DNA of 64,000 nucleotides from positions 9,249 through 73,248 of the forward strand of contig JBHGAY010000025.1 in the NCBI GenBank assembly GCA_041946735.1. The letters are read 5' to 3'. Below, piece by piece: positions 7,746-15,589 of this stretch; the stretch's first letter is position 1, and each line of letters opens with the position of its first letter. Both the position numbers and the translations under genes were made by a program. The stretch is from Candidatus Eiseniibacteriota bacterium (GTDB lineage: Bacteria; Eisenbacteria; RBG-16-71-46; CAIMUX01; VGJL01). The notes beneath the pieces are model-generated. The model was given only the letters and a program-made list of their open reading frames with translations. It did no database searches and was not told where the DNA came from.

Positions 7746-10310
7746 TCAACGGCGTCGCTGCTGCTGCTCCAGGCGGCGGCGGAGCTGCGCCGCGAGATCG
7801 ACCGGCAGCGGCGTCACGATTCGCGGCGGCAGCTTCTCGGGAGGACGCGACTCGGCCGCCACCGCATGCTTGCGCGTCATCTTCGCCTGCTCCGCCTCGA
7901 CCCGTGCCCGCCGCGCCTCGTCGACCGGCGCCCGGGGGACGTAGTCGGGCTTGCCGAGGAGCGCGTGGAGCAGGACGAGCGCCGCCTCCTTGTCGGGGAT
8001 CCGCCCCTTCCCCATCACGTCGGGATCCTGCTGAGACTGCGGCGGCAGCGGCGCGCCGACGCACGACGGACAGCCGTCCTCGCACGGGCAGGAGTGGATC
8101 AGCTCGGCAGCCGCTTCGAGGATCTCCTCGATCATCCCGTACGCCTTCTGCGCGAATCCCAGTCCGCCCGGGTACTTGTCGTACAGGAAGACGGCGGGCA
8201 CTCCGACGTTCTTCGAGTCGACCGCCGTCCCGAGATCGAGGGGATCGCACATGGCGAAGAGCGACACGACGTCCGGAAGGACGTTCGCGATCCCCCAGAG
8301 TCCCTCGGCCGGAATCCTGCCGTACCGCGTGACCTTCGTCAACGCCTCGAGCGAAGGGGCGATCCAGGTGCCAACCGTCTCGAGCGACTGGGTCGGAAGA
8401 TCGACGTTGCCGTAGCCGATCGAGTCACGACTGCCGAACTTGATCTTCTTGAACATCGTCACCTTCGTGTGCGCGTTCAGATCTCCGAAGGCGACCGGGC
8501 TTTCGTTCACCCGCTTCTCCATCTCGGTGCGAACGATCTCGATGTGGCTGTCGCTGACCGCCTGCGTGTAGTAGTCCGCGTCGGCGCGGTGCACGTAGGC
8601 GACCTTTTCCGACGTGTCGAGCCGGTCGACGAAGTAGGTTTCGGCATCGTGCATGTAGATCGCCTGCGGATGGACCTGCGGGAACGCCGAGGGCTCGTCG
8701 ATCGTGCCGATCACCCGGTTGCCGTCCGGACGGCCGGTCTCGGTGATCGTGTAGACATTCTCGGCGGCGTTGCGCAGCGAGACCTGCGCGGCCGGATATC
8801 CTTCCTTGGCGTAGTACCAGCGCCCGCGCACCTCCGAGACCTCGCCATGCTCTTGCAGGAGATCGAGGATGGCTGGAGCGAACTCCCCCCAATCGCGCTC
8901 CTCCTCGCGGCGCAACGGAAGCTCGAAGACCGCGCAGCGCAGATGAGAGAGCAGGATGTGCGCGTTCTGGGGATCGACGACCGCGTTCTCGGGGGAGCGT
9001 CCGAAGAAATACTCGGGATGGCGCATCAGGTACTGATCGATCGGCAGGTTGTGTCCGACGAGGACGGCCACTGACTCCTCCTCGCGGCGTCCCGCCCGCC
9101 CGGCCTGCTGCCAGGTCGAAGCAATCGTTCCGGGAAACCCGACGAGGATCGCGGCGTCGAGCGAGCCGACATCGATTCCCAGCTCGAGCGCGTTCGTCGA
9201 GATCACCCCGAGCAGCTCCCCTTCGAACAGCGCCTTCTCGATCGCCCGGCGCTCCTCCGGAAGGTATCCGCCGCGGTACGCCCGCACCTTCTTCGCCACG
9301 CCCCCGCCCTCGCGCCGCAGCTCCTCCTGGCAATAGCGGAGCAGCACTTCCGTCAGCAGGCGAGAGCGGACGAAGGTGATCGTCTGGTAGCCCGCGCGCA
9401 AGAGCGAGACGAAGAGGTCGCGCGCCTCGAGGTTCGAGGAGCGCCGCTCGAGCCCCGCCGGATCGATCCGCGGAGGATTCCAGAACAGGAAGTGCTTGCG
9501 TCCGCGAGGAGAGCCGTCCTGATCGAGGACGACGAACTCCCGCCCCGAAAGCCGCTGCGCAAGCTCGCCTGGGTTCGCGATCGTCGCCGAGGAGAGGATG
9601 AGCTGCGGGCGGCTGCCATAGTGCTCCGCAATGCGCAGGAGGCGGCGCAGCACGTTCGCGGTGTGCGAGCCGAAGATGCCGCGGTAGACGTGCACCTCGT
9701 CGGCGACGACGTAGGAAAGGCGGCTGAAGAAGTCGGCCCAGCGCGCGTGGTTCGGCAGGATGCCGCTGTGCAGCATGTCGGGATTGGTGAGCAGGATCTG
9801 GGCGCGTTCGCGAAGCTGCGTCCGCAAGTTGCTCGGAGTGTCGCCGTCGTACGTGCCGGCGAGGAAGGAGAACGGGCCTTCCGGCTCCCCGCCGATCTCC
9901 TCGCCCCGTGACTGGGCGTTCTGGAAACGGCGAAGCGTGCGCAGCTGGTCCTGCGCGAGCGCCTTCGTGGGGAAGAGGTAGAGCGCGCGCGTCTCCGGAT
10001 GCGTCGCTATCGTCTCGAGGACCGGCACGTTGTAGCAGAGCGTCTTGCCGCTCGCCGTCCCGGTGACGAGGATCACGTCCTTCCCTTCGCGGATCCGGTC
10101 GAGCGCGGCCGCCTGGTGCGTATACAGATCCTCGATTCCGGCGCGCGCGAGCGCTTCTCGCATCGCAGGGAGCAGCGGGCGCGCCGGAGAGGCGGTGCGA
10201 GCGGGGCGCGGCGGAACGTCGTGGACGTGGACCGCCTGCCCGCTGCGCGCGGCGAGCAGCAGAACGCGGCCGAGAAGATCCTCTCCGGCCGGGAGATGTC
10301 GTCGCCTCAC
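7746..10310 (-). CDS. mrfA: DEAD/DEAH-box helicase with C-terminal DUF1998 (MrfA/YprA/Hrq1-like)
   Basis: LYTHQ, TGTASGKT, PTKALAQDQ, TNPDMLH, DEVH, SAT, TNALELGIDVG, QQAGRAGR, CPCEDGCPSC. GTG start at 10310 overlaps the upstream stop (GTGA). Confidence 0.88.
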   Translation of the reverse strand: MRRRHLPAGEDLLGRVLLLAARSGQAVHVHDVPPRPARTASPARPLLPAMREALARAGIEDLYTHQAAALDRIREGKDVILVTGTASGKTLCYNVPVLETIATHPETRALYLFPTKALAQDQLRTLRRFQNAQSRGEEIGGEPEGPFSFLAGTYDGDTPSNLRTQLRERAQILLTNPDMLHSGILPNHARWADFFSRLSYVVADEVHVYRGIFGSHTANVLRRLLRIAEHYGSRPQLILSSATIANPGELAQRLSGREFVVLDQDGSPRGRKHFLFWNPPRIDPAGLERRSSNLEARDLFVSLLRAGYQTITFVRSRLLTEVLLRYCQEELRREGGGVAKKVRAYRGGYLPEERRAIEKALFEGELLGVISTNALELGIDVGSLDAAILVGFPGTIASTWQQAGRAGRREEESVAVLVGHNLPIDQYLMRHPEYFFGRSPENAVVDPQNAHILLSHLRCAVFELPLRREEERDWGEFAPAILDLLQEHGEVSEVRGRWYYAKEGYPAAQVSLRNAAENVYTITETGRPDGNRVIGTIDEPSAFPQVHPQAIYMHDAETYFVDRLDTSEKVAYVHRADADYYTQAVSDSHIEIVRTEMEKRVNESPVAFGDLNAHTKVTMFKKIKFGSRDSIGYGNVDLPTQSLETVGTWIAPSLEALTKVTRYGRIPAEGLWGIANVLPDVVSLFAMCDPLDLGTAVDSKNVGVPAVFLYDKYPGGLGFAQKAYGMIEEILEAAAELIHSCPCEDGCPSCVGAPLPPQSQQDPDVMGKGRIPDKEAALVLLHALLGKPDYVPRAPVDEARRARVEAEQAKMTRKHAVAAESRPPEKLPPRIVTPLPVDLAAQLRRRLEQQQRRR

Positions 10311-11011
10311 GGCTGCTCCTCCTCCTCGGGAAGGGCGAGAGCGAGATACAGCTCCGCCAGGGTGATCAGGTCGTCGCGGTTGTGACGCAGGATCGGCTCG
10401 AGCCAGTACGGATCTCCATCGCGCACCCAGCGGTGATATGCGTCCGGGACCTCGCGGCCGCCAAGATCGCCCGCCCGCCATCTTCCGCAGACGCGACGTT
10501 CGAGCGTCTGGAGACGGCAATCGGGGAAGACGCCGCGAAATTGCCTGCGCGCGACGTGAAGAAGATCGAGGTGCTCGCGCGGCGCGGGCTTCGGCATCCT
10601 GTAGAAGGCGTAGCGGAGCCTCAGGCACGGGACGTCGAAGCTCTTGCCGTTGAACGTCACCCAGGTGGGGGCCGGAGCGTAGTCGGTGGCGAAGAGACGC
10701 AGCGCTTCCTCCTCTCCTCCATAGTCCCGAGCGAGAAGCTGGACGAGATCCGCTTCGCGCCCTTCGCTCGGGATCAACATTCCGACCAGGAAGAGGGGAC
10801 GGCCGACGAAGCCGAGTGTTTCGAGGTCGAGGAACAGGTGTCCTGGCGGAAGCGGCCCACCCGCGCCGGGTAGCCGGACATGATGCCGGAGGACGCCGAG
10901 CCCTTCGGTCGGCGTCTCCCAACGCGCCTTCGGAAATCGTTCCAGGAGCCAGCGCTCCATCTCGGTGATGCTCCCGCCGTTTGTTTCGCGCCAGCCCATC
11001 GAAGTCCCCAT
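10307..11011 (-). CDS. mrfB: RNase H-like (YprB/MrfB-type) exonuclease
   Basis: FLDLETLG, VTFNGKSFDVP, HLDLLH, CRLQTLE, ILRHNRDD; coupled to the DUF1998 helicase. Confidence 0.8.
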   Translation of the reverse strand: MGTSMGWRETNGGSITEMERWLLERFPKARWETPTEGLGVLRHHVRLPGAGGPLPPGHLFLDLETLGFVGRPLFLVGMLIPSEGREADLVQLLARDYGGEEEALRLFATDYAPAPTWVTFNGKSFDVPCLRLRYAFYRMPKPAPREHLDLLHVARRQFRGVFPDCRLQTLERRVCGRWRAGDLGGREVPDAYHRWVRDGDPYWLEPILRHNRDDLITLAELYLALALPEEEEQP

Positions 11012-11331
11012 GCCCGACGAACGGCCGGATTCTAGGAGAGGGCAGGACGTCGCGCAAGAGCGCGAAAAGCCGCTCGCCTCGCATACCGCTCGTGATGCCC
11101 TTCTTCATGACTCCAAGCTGCGAAAGCGCGTATCGCGACCGTCATGACTTGGGAATCACGCAACGGAATTCGCGATGCGAGAGCGGGCCGACGCGACGTG
11201 AAAACGAGGAAGGCGAGCAAGCGTCGCGTTGTCCTCCTTGAAGCGTTCCGCTAGCTTGCTGGCGTGCCACCGTTCCGCGGCTTCCTCCATGGGAGCCGCC
11301 TCATGACTGCGTGATCTGCATGGAGGCATGC

Positions 11332-11808
11332 ATGAGAAGGTTGCTGCTGTCGTTCTCGATCTGTTTGCTCCTGTCCGGATGGGCGGGCGCCGCGCTGGCC
11401 TTGCCCGACTTCTACGAGGCGGCGTTGACGAGCGAGCAGGAAGTCCCACCGAACGACTCGCCCGGCTACGGCGTCTGCAGCATCACACTCGTCGACGAGA
11501 ACACGATCACCTTCCGCCTGGAGTTCGCCGATCTGACGAGCCAGGCGGTCGCGGCCCACATTCATCTCGGCTACGCCGGGCAGAACGGGCCGGTCCTCTA
11601 TCCTCTTTCGGAGGTGCCTTTCGATTCTCCGATCGAGGGGACGATCGACTTCGATCCGCAATACCTCGACGAGCTGGAGAGCCAGGGGCTCTACGTGAAC
11701 ATCCACACCGTGAACTATCCGAACGGGGAGATCCGCGGACAGATCTGCCACTTCCCGGTCGCAACCGAGGAGACGAGCTGGGGCAAGGTGCGCTCTCTCT
11801 ACCGCTGA
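11332..11808 (+). CDS. Secreted CHRD-domain protein with C-terminal SWG motif
   Basis: GGAGG RBS; signal peptide; QEVPP, AAHIH, LYVNIHTVNYPNGEIRGQI; ends PVATEETSWGKVRSLYR. Confidence 0.9.
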   Translation: MRRLLLSFSICLLLSGWAGAALALPDFYEAALTSEQEVPPNDSPGYGVCSITLVDENTITFRLEFADLTSQAVAAHIHLGYAGQNGPVLYPLSEVPFDSPIEGTIDFDPQYLDELESQGLYVNIHTVNYPNGEIRGQICHFPVATEETSWGKVRSLYR

Positions 11809-12010
11809 ACGATCTCATAGATCTCGGGCGCTATCGGGCGTAACGAGGGCCGGACGGAACGCGCAAGCGGGAAGTCCGGCCCTTCCGCTGCCGGCCGCCA
11901 GGCGTTCCGGCGGCGCAGCGGGCGCCGGTGGGGCGGCCGTCGTTGGGGCGGGCGCCGGCGGGATGCGCGAGAGCTTGACGAGGGAGAGGGAGGGAGGCAT
12001 CGTAGCCGCC

Positions 12011-12295
12011 ATGAGCGAGGGACGGGTCCGACAGTTCCGGGCGATCGTGCGCGGCAGAGTACAGGGAGTCAGCTATCGCGCGTCGACCGTCGAGGAGGCG
12101 CTTGCGCTCGATCTCGCCGGCTATGCGCGCAATCAGGCGGATGGGTCGGTGGAAGTGGTCGCGCGCGGCGACGAGGAGTCGCTGCACCGCCTGCTCGAGT
12201 ATCTTCATCGCGGCCCGACGCTCGCCCGCGTGACCGGAGTGGAGGTCGAGTGGGACGACTCCACCCCGGCTCCGCATCCGTTCCGCGTCCGCTGA
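12011..12295 (+). CDS. acyP: Acylphosphatase
   Basis: VRGRVQGVSYR, GYARNQADGSVEVVA, GPTLARV. Confidence 0.93.
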   Translation: MSEGRVRQFRAIVRGRVQGVSYRASTVEEALALDLAGYARNQADGSVEVVARGDEESLHRLLEYLHRGPTLARVTGVEVEWDDSTPAPHPFRVR

Positions 12296-12348
12296 GTCGG
12301 CTGCGCGTCCTGAGTCCGTTCCGCGTCCGCTGATTCCGCTGACGGGGG

Positions 12349-13689
12349 CTAGACGTCCGGCGTGAGCGCGACCGCGGTGGCACGGAAGCGATCGAGCCGC
12401 TCGCGGCAGGCCGCCTCTCCTTCCTCGCACGATCCCTGAGCGAAACGGACGGTTCCGCCCCCCTTGCCTCGGAGCGGCGGCGCAAGAGCCGCCTGCAGCG
12501 TGGCGCGCGCATCGAACGGCGCGTCCGCTGGAAGGATCGGCGAAGCGGCCGCCACCCAGTGAGAGCGCCCGCCCGGATCTCCGCCGGCGAGGAGGACGAC
12601 CGCAGCGGCGGAAGCCGCCGCCTCGGTGACACGGCCGGCGAGACGCCGCAGCAGCTCCGCATCGCCTCCCTCGATCCATGAAGCGACGACCGCGACGCCC
12701 TTCGCCGTTCGTGGAGCGACGGCGAGGAGCCGATCCCCTTCGAGCGCCGCCCAGCGCTCCTGCCACGACCGCGCGCGGCGTTCCGCCTCCCGGCTCGACT
12801 CCTGAAGTCCTCCGACGACCCGGGGCAGATCCGTCCAGGCGGCGCTCGCGAGGCGCGCGGCGGCGTCGGCCGACGCGAGGACCGTCCGGAACGCCGCCAG
12901 CGCCCGCTCTCCGCAGACGAAGTGCAGCCGGACGCGGCCGCGCACGCGCTCCTGCTTGAGAACGTGGATCGATCCGACCTCCCCCGTCCGTGCGACGTGC
13001 GTTCCGCAGCATGGCTGGACGTCGATGCCCCCCATATCGACGATGCGAAGCGGAAGCTGCCCCGGGCGCGGGACGGCGCGCGTCTCGACCGGCACGTCGT
13101 CCCAGATCCAGCCGTTCGCCTGCGTCTCGGCTTCCGCGATGCGCGCGAGGTCGAGGTCGCGGTCGCCGCCGAGGTCGCGATCGGGGTCGCGGCCGAGGTC
13201 GAGGTCACGGTCGCGGTCCGCCTTGCCTTCCCCTTCGAGATCGATCGTCGAAACGTCCTCCCCCATGTGGAAGGAGACGGTCTCCCGCCCGAGCACGACG
13301 GAGAAGGCGCGCGAGAGGAGGTGCTGCCCGCTGTGCTGCTGGCGCCGGTCGCGCCGCACGCGCGCGTCGACCTCGCCGTGGACGATCGCGCCCTCGCGCC
13401 ACGCGGCTTCGGGCGGCGGGTCGTGCGCGAGGAGATGCCAGATCGTCCCCTGCGGGTCGATCCGGACGCCGAGGACCGGGATGCCCGCGATCGAGCCGCG
13501 GTCGGAGAGCTGCCCGCCGTCCTCGGCGAAGAAGGCGGTCGCGTCGAGAGCGACCTCCGGGCCGGATCGGCCGGCGTCGCTCGCGCCCGGCGTCATCGCG
13601 AAGACGCGGGCGTCGAAGGCGAGACGGGACGGGTCCTCGTCGAAGAGTCTGCGGGTAGGGGGCAACGCGGGGACTTCGAGGGGTGGCAA
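12349..13689 (-). CDS. Alanyl-tRNA editing protein (AlaX-L type, with C-terminal DHHA1)
   Basis: TAFFAEDGGQLSDRG, QQHSGQHLLS, CCGTHV zinc ligands, KGGGT..FAQG. TTG start uncertain. Confidence 0.85.
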   Translation of the reverse strand: MPPLEVPALPPTRRLFDEDPSRLAFDARVFAMTPGASDAGRSGPEVALDATAFFAEDGGQLSDRGSIAGIPVLGVRIDPQGTIWHLLAHDPPPEAAWREGAIVHGEVDARVRRDRRQQHSGQHLLSRAFSVVLGRETVSFHMGEDVSTIDLEGEGKADRDRDLDLGRDPDRDLGGDRDLDLARIAEAETQANGWIWDDVPVETRAVPRPGQLPLRIVDMGGIDVQPCCGTHVARTGEVGSIHVLKQERVRGRVRLHFVCGERALAAFRTVLASADAAARLASAAWTDLPRVVGGLQESSREAERRARSWQERWAALEGDRLLAVAPRTAKGVAVVASWIEGGDAELLRRLAGRVTEAAASAAAVVLLAGGDPGGRSHWVAAASPILPADAPFDARATLQAALAPPLRGKGGGTVRFAQGSCEEGEAACRERLDRFRATAVALTPDV

Positions 13690-13742
13690 CGGGCGCCTCC
13701 TTCCTTTCGCGGCGATCGGGCTCCCGGTAGTCTACCAGCGGC

Positions 13743-14627
13743 GTGAACGAAAACCTGAAGATCGTGGCCACCTCGGTCGTCGAGGTGTTCGGGCTCGTGG
13801 CCGTGGCGTTCGTCTACGCGCGCCGCATGAAGCTCGACCTGAGCGAGACGTTGCGGCTCGCGATGCACATCTTCGTCCCCTGCCTGGCCTTCTCATCGAT
13901 CGTCGATTCCCGGATCGAGGCGCGCGAGTTCGCGGTCGCGGCCGGGGCGACGCTGATCCAGATCGGCGCCGGCCTGCTGCTCGGATGGATGGGGCTTCTC
14001 GCGCTCGGTTGGCGCGCGCGCCGGGAGCTTCTCCTTCCTATCGCGTTCGTCAACTCCGCGAACCTTCCGTTTCCCCTGCTGCTGACGAACTTCGGGACCG
14101 AAGGGCTGTCGCGCGGAGTCCTCTGCTACACGGTCACGAACCTGATGATCTTCTCGGTCGGGATTGTGCTGCTGCACGGCGGGGGCCGGGTTCGCGAGGC
14201 GATGAAGGAGCCGGCGCTGTGGGCGTCGGTCCTCGCCGGCATCGTCAAGATCGCGAGGATCGAGGTGCCGGACGTCGTGCTGCGGGTTCCGCGCCTGGCC
14301 GGGATGGCGGCCGTCCCGCTGATGCTGTTCCTCTTCGGCGATTCGCTCGCGCGCACGCGGCTGACGACCCTGCGACCGGCGATCGCCGCGGTCCTCCTGC
14401 GCTACGGGAGTGGGCTCGCGGGCCTCGCGCTGGCGCTGTGGCTGTTCCGTCCGCAGGGGATCCTGCGGCAGGTGCTGATCCTCTACGCGCTGCTTCCCTC
14501 GGCAGTGATCAACGTGGTCCTGACGCAGAAGGCGGGACGGGACGAAGCCTCGGTCGCCTCGGCGGTGCTGCTGGCGAGCCTCGCGAGCGTGGTGATCCTG
14601 CCGGTCGTCCTCGCGCTCATCCGCTGA
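13743..14627 (+). CDS. AEC family (auxin efflux carrier-like) transporter
   Basis: Highly hydrophobic; PCLAFS, FVNSANLPFP, AVPLMLFLFG, LPSAV. Confidence 0.85.
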   Translation: MNENLKIVATSVVEVFGLVAVAFVYARRMKLDLSETLRLAMHIFVPCLAFSSIVDSRIEAREFAVAAGATLIQIGAGLLLGWMGLLALGWRARRELLLPIAFVNSANLPFPLLLTNFGTEGLSRGVLCYTVTNLMIFSVGIVLLHGGGRVREAMKEPALWASVLAGIVKIARIEVPDVVLRVPRLAGMAAVPLMLFLFGDSLARTRLTTLRPAIAAVLLRYGSGLAGLALALWLFRPQGILRQVLILYALLPSAVINVVLTQKAGRDEASVASAVLLASLASVVILPVVLALIR

Positions 14628-15381
14628 CGCGGCCGTTAGGCACGAGGCGGAGCGGCTGCACGGCGCGGCGCGGCGCGGCCGAGCGATCAGCTTCGGCGAC
14701 CGACGGCTCTCCCAGATAGTCCTGGAGCAGATCCTCGAGCTTGCGTGCGTCGCCAAGGCCGGAGGACGTCCACAGGTGCGCGCCCTCGGCCGTCAACAGG
14801 ACGAGGGAAGGTTCCGGCACGGCGTTGGGCACGACGCGAGCCAGGGCGGCGGCGTCCCCCGTATAGAGCAGGCTCGGGATCGAGGGGGTGTGCTGCCGCT
14901 CCCACGCGCGGACCGACTCGACCGCGGCGGAAGCGCCCCCCGCCGGCGAGCCGTCCGGACGGCTACCAGGCGCCTGCCCCTGCTCCTGCGCCCGTGGCTG
15001 CGCCTGCCCCGTCGTGAGGACGAGAGCATCGATCTCCACGCCGACGGTCGCCAGGCCGCGCCGCTTCCACTCGCGCGCAATCGAGGCGAGGCGATCCGGC
15101 GGCGGCTCGCCGATCGTCCACAGGACGACCAGGACGGCCCCCTCCGGATCGGCGCGCAGCATCGCCTGACGCAGCAACGAGCGAAGCGACTCCTCTCCCC
15201 CGGCCGGCATCGGGCCAGGCTTCTGCTCCGCGCGCTCGCGCCCGCACACGGCGCCCCCGAGCAACGCGAGCACAAGCAGAAGCCCGAGGAGGAGCCGGCT
15301 CGCCGTCGTTTCGGCGGGCCGGGGCGGCTGCAGCGGCTGCGGCGGCTGCGGCGGCATCCGAGGGGGCATGAGGTGAAGCAC
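14617..15381 (-). CDS. Hypothetical exported protein, possibly a degenerate TlpA/thioredoxin fold
   Basis: N-terminal hydrophobic segment; VLVVLWT...LASIAREWKRRGLATVGVEID...PSLVLLTAEG resembles TlpA topology without CxxC. Start uncertain. Confidence 0.5.
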   Translation of the reverse strand: MLHLMPPRMPPQPPQPLQPPRPAETTASRLLLGLLLVLALLGGAVCGRERAEQKPGPMPAGGEESLRSLLRQAMLRADPEGAVLVVLWTIGEPPPDRLASIAREWKRRGLATVGVEIDALVLTTGQAQPRAQEQGQAPGSRPDGSPAGGASAAVESVRAWERQHTPSIPSLLYTGDAAALARVVPNAVPEPSLVLLTAEGAHLWTSSGLGDARKLEDLLQDYLGEPSVAEADRSAAPRRAVQPLRLVPNGRVSG

Positions 15382-15589
15382 GCTTGTATACTACCGGGCG
15401 GTCCGATCGGGACCAAGGAGGGGGGATCGCATGGGCGCCGTTCTCGTAAGGGCTGCCGTCCGGCTGTCGCATCGCCTGTCGCACAGGCTCTCGCACCGGC
15501 TCTCACGCGGTCGCTCGCACCAGCAATCGCGCGGCCTCCCGCGCCGCCTTTCGCACCAGCTCTCGCAACCGCACCACGGCGCGACGCGG

